NCBI GenBank assembly: GCA_040384805.1 | Contig: JAZKIP010000004.1 | Coordinates: forward strand, 10,255 to 74,254 | DNA from: Patescibacteria group bacterium | GTDB taxonomy: Bacteria; Patescibacteriota; Minisyncoccia; Phycocordibacterales; UBA9973 | DNA length: 64,000 bases | Direction: 5' to 3' | Shown here: piece by piece, positions 37,948-47,044 of the stretch | Layout: the number at the start of each line of letters is the position of its first letter | How positions within the stretch are numbered: the stretch's first letter is position 1 | Program-made: the position numbers and the translations under genes | Notes under the pieces: generated by a model | Seen by the model: the letters and a program-made list of their open reading frames with translations, nothing else | What the model was told of the DNA's origin: nothing | The model's database searches: none

Positions 37948-38133
37948 GAATGATGAATTATATCCTTGTATTTGCTATATTTAATCCATGGATAAAAATT
38001 TCAAAAACCTGCATGAAAATAAGGAAAAGCCTCTTAATGAGATAGTGAAGAAAGTAAACACTCTTCTTTGTCCAGTCTTAGAAGCTACTTTTTCCAGAAT
38101 AAATTAAAAGAGACCTCAGGGTCATAGCTCTTT

Positions 38134-38544
38134 ATGAAAAACAACACTAAAATACTTTATGGAATTATCGGTTTGCTGATTGGCGTCATTATTGGAGGAA
38201 GCGCAGTTTCTTTTCATCATCGGAGAGGGGATAGTCGGGAGTATGCATCTGAAAGCGGAACGCATCGCATGCCGGATGGAACGCTCATGAGCAATAGCGG
38301 AAGCCATATGGAGACCATGATGGGAGATATGATGGCGGAGCTTGAAGGTAAAACAGGAGATGCTTTTGATAAAGCATTCCTTGAAGAAATGATCGTCCAC
38401 CATGAAGGCGCAGTCGAGATGGCAAAAGCCGTCCTTGAAAATTCAAAACAGCCGGAGCTTATAAAATTAGCCACTAATATAATTTCTACTCAAACCAGAG
38501 AGATTGAAACCATGCGTGAATGGCAGGCAGCATGGTTTAAGTGA
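38134..38544 (+). CDS. DUF305 family protein (four-helix, metal-stress associated), signal/TM N-terminus
   Basis: FLEEMIVHHEGAVEMAKAVL ... TREIETMREW matches the DUF305 motif MIxHHxGA(I/V)xMA. Confidence 0.65.
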   Translation: MKNNTKILYGIIGLLIGVIIGGSAVSFHHRRGDSREYASESGTHRMPDGTLMSNSGSHMETMMGDMMAELEGKTGDAFDKAFLEEMIVHHEGAVEMAKAVLENSKQPELIKLATNIISTQTREIETMREWQAAWFK

Positions 38545-38582
38545 TAAGAAAGGCCTCAAGCTTGCTTGTTGGGCCCAAGCTG

Positions 38583-40265
38583 CTATGAGAGAAACACATC
38601 CTCTTCTTTTGTGGGTAAAAATTGTGATTCCTCATTTTTTTGCACTTTATAACGTATTGCATATTCAACAAGAGCCTGTTTTGTAAGCATATATGATGCA
38701 AGGGCATGCGGATCCTTCAGGTCCTCGTTCTGTATCTGGATTCCCTGGGTTTTCTTCAATTCCTCTAGAAATCTCTTTTTTGCAGAGTAGATCAGACTTT
38801 TGTTAGAATCGGGGGAATTTTCTTCTTTCATTTTTTTCTCCAGTTCTTTTAAGGTTTCCGACAGCTGTGAGAAAAAATCCGGATTTGACAGCATCCAGAA
38901 TTTCCTATGGCTTTCCATGTAGTTTATGAAATAGTCTTCAAATGTTTCATTGTCTGCATTTATCATTTCTTCGGTTATCGGCAGCAGCGCGTAGCTGTCA
39001 CTGTTGATATCCTCATTCTTATACAGGCCCAATTCGACGAATGCTTCTGCAAGCGCGCCGTATAGAGTGTCTCCATCTTTGAAAGGTTGATAATAGAAGC
39101 TTTTTTGCCGCAAGAGATTGTTATCTACCAGTGTTTCAGGAGCTGCCATTCCGGCTACGATAATTTTGGATTCTTCCAATGCCCTCTTGTAAAGATCTGC
39201 TTCTTGCGGAGTCGTATTGGCGATAGCTCTTTGCAAATTCCCCAGTTCGCTTTCCAGTATCTCCGCGTCCGTCTGCGAATTTTTTTCTTGGTTGGAACGC
39301 GCAGGTTTTTTCTGAATAGGATCTTCCATGGTTGTCGACTCTGGAGTTTCCTCCCCTGTCATTGATTCTATGATTTGTTCTCCAAGCTCCCTGTGTGATT
39401 TCGCAAAGTCTCCGTTATTCAGGGTAATGTGCTTTGCCTTCTTGAGAGTTTCAACCGCGCTTTCATATTTGTCATTGCCTTCTTTTTCTTTCGCGAACGA
39501 TTCCAGTCTTTCAAGGATTGATCCCCGATTTTCATCATCAAGAAGAACAACAATAACATTGCTTTTCTTCTCTATGGCCTTTGCTATCTCCTGCCCGCCG
39601 ACCACGTCGAATTTATCAAGTACGTCATGTGTCAAAAGAACAACCGTCTGCCCTTTTTCAGGAATGCCGGCGTTGATCGACTCTTTCCATCGGTTTCCCA
39701 ATGGCAGGCCTTTGGCAAGTTCAGCACCTCCTGAAGACGAGAATTCTTCCTCGTCGATAGTTATATTCGTTTCCTGATTATCAAACCATACGAGCATGCC
39801 TATGGAGCGAAGAGCAAGATGCAATTTTCGAGCCATCTCTTCGTTACGGCGCGAATATGAGACCATTACTTCGCGAGACGGGAGTTTTGCAAGCAAGGGA
39901 TGCATGTCCGCTATTCCTTCCGCTATCGCTTCCACTTCCTCAAGACTATCTTTTCTCTTCTTATATGTAATCGTCTTTTCCGTTCCTTTCTGGCTGGCTT
40001 CAGTGTCGAGTGTCTTTTGCAGGGATTCGACTCCTGCTTTTAGGTTCTGAAGCGACGCCCTCCTTTCAGACACATTAAGAGGCTCCATACTAACCTCTGA
40101 CTGCTCGGCCTTATTATAAACAGAACCACCGTCCTTATTATTTAAATTGAATTTTCTTCTTTCTATCATATATGTAATTATATCACGGTGATTTTTAAAA
40201 TATAGTCCGCCTGGATCTTGGGAATTGAAACCCCTAAGAGTGAAAAAAGATTTCAAACTTGCCAT
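38583..40265 (-). CDS. 560-aa hypothetical protein with a central TIR-like domain
   Basis: REVMVSYSRRNEEMARKLHLALRSIGMLVWFDNQ ... GNRWKESINAGIPEKGQTVVLLTHDVLD follows the TIR layout (betaA xxSYSxxD, alphaA A..L..L, betaB VWxD, W...I). TIR-like part at about 39515-39863. Flanks are Lys/Glu-rich with no motif. Confidence 0.5.
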   Translation of the reverse strand: MASLKSFFTLRGFNSQDPGGLYFKNHRDIITYMIERRKFNLNNKDGGSVYNKAEQSEVSMEPLNVSERRASLQNLKAGVESLQKTLDTEASQKGTEKTITYKKRKDSLEEVEAIAEGIADMHPLLAKLPSREVMVSYSRRNEEMARKLHLALRSIGMLVWFDNQETNITIDEEEFSSSGGAELAKGLPLGNRWKESINAGIPEKGQTVVLLTHDVLDKFDVVGGQEIAKAIEKKSNVIVVLLDDENRGSILERLESFAKEKEGNDKYESAVETLKKAKHITLNNGDFAKSHRELGEQIIESMTGEETPESTTMEDPIQKKPARSNQEKNSQTDAEILESELGNLQRAIANTTPQEADLYKRALEESKIIVAGMAAPETLVDNNLLRQKSFYYQPFKDGDTLYGALAEAFVELGLYKNEDINSDSYALLPITEEMINADNETFEDYFINYMESHRKFWMLSNPDFFSQLSETLKELEKKMKEENSPDSNKSLIYSAKKRFLEELKKTQGIQIQNEDLKDPHALASYMLTKQALVEYAIRYKVQKNEESQFLPTKEEDVFLS

Positions 40266-40452
40266 ATATTGAATACTTTATACTTCGTGGTATAATAATT
40301 ACGTGTTTAATATAAACTCAATTTTCAATAACCCCCCAAAATCAGCCAAAGAAGAAAAGGGGAGAACCGATACTAAAGGAAAAACGGAGAGAAAAGAAAA
40401 ATCACTGTGGTTTAAGGTCGCGGCCGGCTTTTCAAAATATCTTACCGATTGA

Positions 40453-40788
40453 ATGATGAAAGCATCAGGCAGACTCAAATATGCCCGGCCACTTTCCATT
40501 GTGCGAAATCATAAAGCTGAGATAGACCAAAATAAAGATGCGAATAAAATGCTCTTTCCTGAAAACGGAGGGCCGACACAAGAGCGTCTGCATGCTTCGG
40601 CGTTGAAACTAGCTCGGCAATTCGGCTGGCAGGAAACGAAGCCGCTCGAAGAGTATGTGCGGAATAACCCGAATCTTGGGCCGAAAATTAAGTTCTTTAT
40701 TGAAATGTCGATCCACATCAAAAAATTCCGCGCAAAAGGGAAAGAACTCCTCGGTGTTATTCAAGAGGGGAATAAAGCTGCCGCTTGA
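40453..40788 (+). CDS. Hypothetical protein
   Basis: 111-aa ORF with no motif. Confidence 0.3.
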   Translation: MMKASGRLKYARPLSIVRNHKAEIDQNKDANKMLFPENGGPTQERLHASALKLARQFGWQETKPLEEYVRNNPNLGPKIKFFIEMSIHIKKFRAKGKELLGVIQEGNKAAA

Positions 40789-40810
40789 TTATTGTGCAGA
40801 ATAAAACCCT

Positions 40811-41797
40811 ATGAAGACCGGAAATCAGATGGTTTTTTTAAATACGTTTGAGCCACCTGAATGGTACGGCGCAGACAGAAGGGAGCTTTGCGATAAGATT
40901 CTGAAATGGATACCTGATTATATATTGCAGAGGGATTTAGTGAATGAGGGGAATATTAAAATTTTCTTCCTTTCAGGAGGAGTTTCTTCGATCGTCTGCA
41001 GGATTGAAACCGATTCAGAGAAATATGTCCTGAAAATTCTGACATCGCATGATGTGACCGAAGGCGAAGCCCTGTTTCTGAGAGAATGGTCACGTATCGG
41101 CATTCGCACCCCGAGGATCGTTGACGAGGGAATTTCCCTCGGACATGCGTATCTTTTGATGGAACACATCGAGGCCAAAACGTTGTCGCAAAAGTTCACG
41201 CCGCAGGAATTGCTCGAAAAGAAAATCTTTTTCACGCTTGGCCGAACGCTTGCAATAATGCATACTCCCACAGCCCGCGGCTGCGGGGAGATAAAGGGAG
41301 GCACAGTGCAGTTCAATGATGCCCGTACGTGGTGGCAGGGTTCGAAGATTAAAGAAGAGATCGCCTATGCCATGGAAAACAAGCTTATACCGGAAACTTT
41401 GATTGATAGCCTGTCGAGCGATATAGAGGATTTTATCGGGTATATTGATACTGACAGGACGGTTTTTTGCCATAATGATTTCTCGGTTTCCCATGTCTTT
41501 GCGACTGAACCTTTGACCGTGATAGATCCGAATCCGATCATCCATCATCCGCTGTTTGATGTAGCTCGCAGCATTCTTACTATTGCCAATCTAAGCATTG
41601 ATCTATCCGATGGGACAAGAATGTTTCTTGAGGGATATAAGGAACAATCATCCTGTTCTTTGACATATTTAAAATCGGCTCTCTTGCTGCAGGCATGTCT
41701 CAAGTTCTCATATTGGCACAGGGCTGGCAAATCGAAAAGCATCGAAAAAGCCCGGAAGTTTTTAGATAATTATGAAAAGATTTTATCCCCGTTGTGA
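40811..41797 (+). CDS. Aminoglycoside phosphotransferase (APH)/choline-kinase-like small-molecule kinase
   Basis: Kinase N-lobe (IVCRIETDSEKYVLKIL). Catalytic loop CHNDFSVSHVF and DFG-equivalent VIDPN. Confidence 0.7.
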   Translation: MKTGNQMVFLNTFEPPEWYGADRRELCDKILKWIPDYILQRDLVNEGNIKIFFLSGGVSSIVCRIETDSEKYVLKILTSHDVTEGEALFLREWSRIGIRTPRIVDEGISLGHAYLLMEHIEAKTLSQKFTPQELLEKKIFFTLGRTLAIMHTPTARGCGEIKGGTVQFNDARTWWQGSKIKEEIAYAMENKLIPETLIDSLSSDIEDFIGYIDTDRTVFCHNDFSVSHVFATEPLTVIDPNPIIHHPLFDVARSILTIANLSIDLSDGTRMFLEGYKEQSSCSLTYLKSALLLQACLKFSYWHRAGKSKSIEKARKFLDNYEKILSPL

Positions 41798-41862
41798 TAA
41801 GATAAGGTTCATTTACTTTTTCCTCTTTTCATGTAGTATGAAAACAACCAAATTGTTCTACA

Positions 41863-42318
41863 ATGAAAGACTCAATACTCTCGCTTATTTATCCCGACGG
41901 GGAGATTTTTATTAAAAGCTTCTCCTTTGCCGAAAAAGAGCTCTCTGTCAGGGTTAGCTGTCTGGTTCCTGCTAAATCATATGTAAAGAATCTTATTCCA
42001 TATGTGACAGCGGAGAATTATCTCAGATGCCTTTCTCAGGCAAGTTATATTTTGGCTCATCACATTTTAAAAAATAAACTCATTCCCATTGATGTGGATG
42101 AAGAATCATTCTTAAAAGCCATGATCGATTATGAACTTTATTACAGAAATGTATCTATGACGTTTCATCAGCGCTCGCGGAGAGGAGAAGAATTTGAGAT
42201 GGAACTCTCTTTAAAGAACTTCCGCGAGATTAAAAATCTCAAGGATTACATTCTTTTTACTTTTTCCAATAAAAAGGCTGTAATCAGCGGAGATATGAGC
42301 TTTGTATTCCTGAAGTAA
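41863..42318 (+). CDS. Hypothetical protein
   Basis: 151-aa ORF with no confident motif. Confidence 0.35.
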   Translation: MKDSILSLIYPDGEIFIKSFSFAEKELSVRVSCLVPAKSYVKNLIPYVTAENYLRCLSQASYILAHHILKNKLIPIDVDEESFLKAMIDYELYYRNVSMTFHQRSRRGEEFEMELSLKNFREIKNLKDYILFTFSNKKAVISGDMSFVFLK

Positions 42319-42340
42319 AATCATGGGTTTGTACCCTGCA

Positions 42341-42380
42341 ATCAGATGAATCCCTTAGGGATTCATCTGATTTTAATTTT
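42341..42380 (+). terminator. Terminator ATCAGATGAATCCC-TTAG-GGGATTCATCTGAT + T-rich tail
   Basis: Perfect 14-bp stem after the stop at 42318. Confidence 0.7.
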
Positions 42381-42416
42381 CATTAATACCCGCTATACTG
42401 TCTTTATAAATTATAT

Positions 42417-44219
42417 ATGAGCCTTTATAGAAAACTCGCCGATACTCCCGTTCCATATCTGCTGCGACGTGTCTGGAAATACTCCCATGACCGCAGGCGG
42501 CTCTTCATCGCCCATATCGCCTTTACTGTCATCGCCAATGTCTTTACTATTCTTGAGCCGCTGGCTCTGGCCAAGGCTTTTAATGTGACTCAGCTTTCAT
42601 CGGGGGATCCGGATGTTCTTAAACATATCATCATGTATCTTCTTCTCTATCTTGCCCTCGGATTCGCTTTTCGGATCTTTTTCCATATTTCGGGAATCAT
42701 TGAGCGCAAGAATTCTTTCTTCGTTCAGATGAATTTCCGACAGGATCTGATCGATAAGACTCTCGCTCTTCCGGCATCATGGCATCGCGACCACCATTCG
42801 GCCGATACGATTCACAAGATCAATCGCGCAAGCGAAAGCCTCGAATCATTCTCCGGCAATATCTATATTTTGATAGAAAATGTCATGCGTGTCGCGGGCG
42901 CCATCATTGTTCTTGCCTACTTCGACTGGGTTGCAAGCGCGGCGGCTTTCATCATCTGCATCTGTGCCGCACTAATCATAAAATTCTTCGACGGACGCCT
43001 CAGAAAAGAGTACAGGATCGGACATGATCAGGAAAACAGCCTTGCCTCGACGATTCAGGATTCGATCTCCAATATCGTTACCGTCATCTCCTTGAATCTG
43101 GAGCGTTTGGTCGGATCAAAGATAAAGACTCAGTCTATTGATATGTATCCCTCCCATGTCAGGCAAGTCTATCTTGATGCGAACAAATGGTCTCTGGCGA
43201 AGCTCATGATAAAGACTCTGACCACCGCGACCGTTATTGTGTATGCCATAACATCCTACAAAGCAAACGGCATTGTTCTTGCCGGAACCCTCTTTATCCT
43301 CTACAGATATATGAGCGATATGGCGACGATATTCAACGATTCGGCAAGCAGATACAGCAAGCTCGTTCGGGAAGACGTGGGCGTCAGGGGAGTCGAAGAA
43401 ATAGAAAATGCTTACCAGAGCCTCGGTCCGGTAATAAACGCGCGCCTTTCTTCCGGCTGGAAAGAAGTGCAGATCAGCCGACTGTCATTCTCCTATTCTC
43501 CGCGCGGTAGCGACCAGACGGCACACGCTTTTTCTCTTTCGGATATTTCTCTGTCGATCCGCCGGGGGAAGAAAATAGCGATCATCGGCGAAAGTGGAAT
43601 CGGCAAAAGTACTCTCCTCCTTATCCTCCGAGGCCTGTATCCGGCCGAGGCGGTCGTGAAAGAAGATGGAAAGAATCTGCCGAACGGCTTATCTCATCTG
43701 CGGCCTCATATCACTTTCATACCTCAGGAACCTGAGATATTCGATACGACTCTTGAGAATAATATAACCATGGGACTTTCGTATCCGAAGGAAAAGATTC
43801 AAAGAGTGCTCCGTATGGCTCATCTTGAGCCTGTGATAGACACACTTCCCAAAGGACTTGCGACGAAGCTCATGGAGAAAGGGGTACGCTTGAGCGGCGG
43901 GCAGAAACAGCGCGTCGCTCTTGCCAGAGGATTCATTGCGTCAGACGAAAGCGATATCATCCTTCTTGACGAGCCGACAAGCAGCATGGATGTCCTGACG
44001 GAAAAGAAAATATATGATAATTTGTTTGTCATGATGCCATCGAAAACCGTTATTTCCACTATTCACCGCCTGCATCTTGCCCCTTTATTCGATGAATTTT
44101 ATTTTTTCACTGCAGACGGAATTTTCTTTACCGATTCATTTGACACGCTTCTCAAGAATAAGGCTTTTGCCGAATTATGGAAATCGTACCATCTTAGTGA
44201 CAAAAGAAACGCCATATAA
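42417..44219 (+). CDS. ABC exporter, fused permease + ATP-binding protein
   Basis: Six N-terminal TM helices. Walker A GESGIGKST. Signature LSGGQKQRVALARG. Walker B IILLDEPTSSMD. Confidence 0.85.
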   Translation: MSLYRKLADTPVPYLLRRVWKYSHDRRRLFIAHIAFTVIANVFTILEPLALAKAFNVTQLSSGDPDVLKHIIMYLLLYLALGFAFRIFFHISGIIERKNSFFVQMNFRQDLIDKTLALPASWHRDHHSADTIHKINRASESLESFSGNIYILIENVMRVAGAIIVLAYFDWVASAAAFIICICAALIIKFFDGRLRKEYRIGHDQENSLASTIQDSISNIVTVISLNLERLVGSKIKTQSIDMYPSHVRQVYLDANKWSLAKLMIKTLTTATVIVYAITSYKANGIVLAGTLFILYRYMSDMATIFNDSASRYSKLVREDVGVRGVEEIENAYQSLGPVINARLSSGWKEVQISRLSFSYSPRGSDQTAHAFSLSDISLSIRRGKKIAIIGESGIGKSTLLLILRGLYPAEAVVKEDGKNLPNGLSHLRPHITFIPQEPEIFDTTLENNITMGLSYPKEKIQRVLRMAHLEPVIDTLPKGLATKLMEKGVRLSGGQKQRVALARGFIASDESDIILLDEPTSSMDVLTEKKIYDNLFVMMPSKTVISTIHRLHLAPLFDEFYFFTADGIFFTDSFDTLLKNKAFAELWKSYHLSDKRNAI

Positions 44220-44251
44220 AAGTCCATACTCCTGAGCTATATCGCTACAGG

Positions 44252-44276
44252 GGAAATGCAAAAGCATTTCCTTTTC
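44252..44276 (+). terminator. Terminator GGAAATGC-AAAA-GCATTTCC + TTTT
   Basis: Hairpin with T-run 30 bp after the ABC gene stop. Confidence 0.6.
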
Positions 44277-44457
44277 GGGACTTGCGTGGAAAGAGAGTTT
44301 GACAAAAGAAGATAAATATGCTAATATATAAAGGAAAAATACCTTGAAATATTTATGTTTTTAGGTGGTATGTAAAGTGAGTTTCTCCGTATTGCTCGGA
44401 CGGGCGACAGGGAGAAACTCATTTATCTTATCTCTAAAAATTTAAAACAAAATCACA

Positions 44458-45087
44458 ATGGAAACATTAACCAGAGGACTTGACAATCTGTGGACTGCAG
44501 ACGGTCTGACAGATCCCGAAAAGAACCTTTTGCAGAAATTCATTGCCGAAGTGGCCCGCAAAGCAAAAGGCTTCATATCAGAACTCTTCGGCTTTGACAA
44601 AACTCGTACGGCGAAAAGCCGGCCCGAAGAATTTATCATCAGCAAGGAATCGGTTGAAGAGGATTTCTTCCAGCCGATCCGTGAACGGGAAGCAAGCGCC
44701 GGAAATATCGTTCCGTGGCTTGATGAAGATATCTGGAAATTCTGGAAAGGAAAGAAAGTTCCTGGCTTCCTCGTGGACATTATATTTTCGATCTATCGCT
44801 TTTTAAAGAACCTTACTCACAGACAGATTCTGGAGGAAGGAGAAAAGCAGGAAATTAAGAAAATATATTCCTATGCCCAGGCCAAGGAAATAATCCGCAC
44901 GGCAATATGGGCCGGCGACGTTGACCAGAAGAACACAGGCGTATTCGCTTATTTTAAGGTAGATGCAGGTGGACCTTTGTACCGCTTCAGCGCCTTCCGT
45001 CGCGGCGGCGGCCAGCTCCGTGTATTCGTGGATGGGGTGGGTCTGGACGGCGTGTGGTATGTCGGCCTTGGTGTGTGCTTCGGCTGA
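44458..45087 (+). CDS. DGR target protein (209 aa) with C-terminal variable region
   Basis: The C-terminal 35 codons (YRFSAFRRGGGQLRVFVDGVGLDGVWYVGLGVCFG) are the VR counterpart of the TR at 45408-45510. Confidence 0.8.
   Translation: METLTRGLDNLWTADGLTDPEKNLLQKFIAEVARKAKGFISELFGFDKTRTAKSRPEEFIISKESVEEDFFQPIREREASAGNIVPWLDEDIWKFWKGKKVPGFLVDIIFSIYRFLKNLTHRQILEEGEKQEIKKIYSYAQAKEIIRTAIWAGDVDQKNTGVFAYFKVDAGGPLYRFSAFRRGGGQLRVFVDGVGLDGVWYVGLGVCFG
44981..45083 (+). repeat. DGR variable repeat (VR)
   Basis: 103 bp aligning with the TR. About 20 mismatches, all but one at positions where the TR has adenine. Confidence 0.85.
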
Positions 45088-45407
45088 TTATTTTTCCCTT
45101 AACAAAAAAAGGACTCTTGAATACTTTGTATCTTGGGTCCTTTTGTTTTTTATTTTTAATATTGTAAAATATCCATGTGATGCAGCATTTCGCTTTGGCT
45201 ACGGCTCGGGCGACTGCTCATAAGATAATACTCTCGGCAGAATCCGGGTGGATACGTCTTCCCGGAGAGATCGTTTATTTTCTTCATATAAAAAGATTTT
45301 TGTAGGTGGAATCAATTCTCGGGCTTCGACGCCCGGCATGCAATTCAGCACGTTCTCAGAGAGCGCATTTAGAACGGCAGTGATCAAGATGATTGTTTTC
45401 ACAAACG

Positions 45408-45510
45408 ACCGCTTCAACGCCTTCCGTAACGACGACGGCCAGCTCAATGTCAACGTGAATAAGGTGGATCTGGACAACGAGTGGAATGTCGGCAATGGTG
45501 TGTGCTTCGG
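45408..45510 (+). repeat. DGR template repeat (TR), non-coding, rich in AAC/AAT triplets
   Basis: ACCGCTTCAACGCCTTCCGTAACGACGACGGCCAGCTCAATGTCAACGTGAATAAGGTGGATCTGGACAACGAGTGGAATGTCGGCAATGGTGTGTGCTTCGG. Same orientation as VR and RT. Confidence 0.85.
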
Positions 45511-45533
45511 AAACACGATCTTTCTCCCGCATA

Positions 45534-45923
45534 TTATCTCGCGGGAGTTTTCTTTTCCAATCCCTTCTTCCAGCCACCCAACATCCGGCCGATCTCGTCG
45601 AGCGATGTCGAGAGATCGGCGTATTTTTGATTCGAAACGCACTTGTTTTCCCAAGCAATCTGAAGGAAAAATTTGACTCCGTCGAGCTTCGATATAGCAA
45701 TCGTCAGGCGGGGAGCCTTCTGCTCGGGAGACAAATAGAGAGACACGAATATATTCTCAAGGAGTTCAAGAAAATATCCTTCAACTTTGCCGCCTAAAGT
45801 ATAGCGGTATGTTTTCGGAATATCTGCCGTAATGGTAAACCACAGCGTATAGGCCTTTTTGGCTTTGATGAGCACCGATGCCTGTGTGACAGGCTTTGCA
45901 CTATAAGAAGTGAGTGTCGTCAT
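45534..45923 (-). CDS. avd: Accessory variability determinant (Avd)-like four-helix-bundle protein, encoded on the opposite strand between TR and RT
   Basis: ...KAKKAYTLWFTITADIPKTYRYTLGGKVEGYFLELLENIFVSLYL ... SLDEIGRMLGGWKKGL resembles the Avd / TIGR02436 four-helix-bundle family (compare EVGRILGSWI of Bordetella phage Avd). Confidence 0.65.
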   Translation of the reverse strand: MTTLTSYSAKPVTQASVLIKAKKAYTLWFTITADIPKTYRYTLGGKVEGYFLELLENIFVSLYLSPEQKAPRLTIAISKLDGVKFFLQIAWENKCVSNQKYADLSTSLDEIGRMLGGWKKGLEKKTPAR

Positions 45924-45976
45924 TCGTTGTGTTGTTTACTTGTATAATAGTTTATTTATCTGTAATATATTATAAC

Positions 45977-46962
45977 ATGGAAATATTTAAAAAGCAATAC
46001 CTCAAGATTGTTACCGTCGAAAATCTTATTGAGGCATGGAACGAGTTTCTTCGCGGAAAGGGAAATCGCAGCGATGTCGCGGCTTTTCAGGCCCGTTTGT
46101 CGGACAATATCTTTGATTTGTGGCGCGAGCTTGCCGACAGGACATATATTCACAGCGGATACGAGGCGTTCAATGTCTCCGATCCGAAGCCGCGGATTAT
46201 TCACAAAGCTCTTGTTCGCGATCGTCTCCTTCATCATCTCCTCTATCGGGAACTCTATGCCTATTTCGACCGGAAATTTATCTTTGATTCGTATTCGTGC
46301 CGCATGAGCAAGGGAACCCATCGGGCAATAGACCGTTTCCGAGAATATGCCGGGAAGGTATCGAAGAATAATACGAAAACATGCTGGATCTTGAAGTGCG
46401 ATATCAGAAAATTCTTCGCAAGCATCGATCATGCTATCTTGAAGCGCATTCTTGCCGAGCATATCGCCGACCCCGATTTCCTCTCTCTTTTCGGGGTTGT
46501 GATCGACAGCTTCGAAACGAAAGGAGTGCTCGGTGTCGGGCTTCCTCTCGGCAATCTGACGAGTCAGCTTCTCGTCAATGTCTATATGAATGAATTCGAC
46601 CAGTTCGTCAAAAGAAAACTGAAAGTGAAATATATTGTATCCGCTATGCGGATGACTTTGTCTTTTTAAGCGACGATAAGACGTATCTCGAATCGCTCAT
46701 ACCGGAAATACGGGCATTCTTGGAAGAAGAACTGAAGCTCTCCATCCATGAGAAAAAGCTTTTCCTTCGGACTCTTGCCTCGGGTATGGATTTCCTCGGC
46801 TGGGTGCACTTTCCTCATCATCGGAAACTGAGAACTGCGACAAAGAAAAGAATGCTGCGCAGGCTGGCGCAGTCTCCCGAGCCTCAGGCGGTCAATTCCT
46901 ATCGGGGGATGCTTCGTCACGGAAATACATACAAGATCCAAAAGCAAGCGGGATTAACATAG
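45977..46962 (+). CDS. DGR reverse transcriptase, reading frame broken by a 1-nt frameshift near 46638-46643
   Basis: N-terminus LIEAWNEFLRGKGNRSDVAAFQARL ... KPRIIHKALVRDRLLHH and motifs GLPLGNLTSQLLVNVYMNEFD. The catalytic RYADDFVFL appears only after shifting frame at GTATCC(C)GCTATGCGGATGAC. The downstream frame continues to 46962. Confidence 0.8.
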
Positions 46963-47044
46963 TATAACCAGTGGAAATTTAATTTAACTAATCTTAATAT
47001 AACCTTTAGAAACCTTTTAGGATTCCAGATGTACAATTTGCTCC

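Noticed and set aside
45199-45797. Overlapping ORFs 45199-45654(-), 45248-45676(+), 45356-45700(-), 45486-45797(+)
   Set aside because: They cover the non-coding DGR template repeat and the spacer before avd. The plus-frame one mimics the target C-terminus only because the TR is a copy of the VR.
46666-46947. 93-aa minus-strand ORF
   Set aside because: Antisense to the second half of the reverse transcriptase gene.
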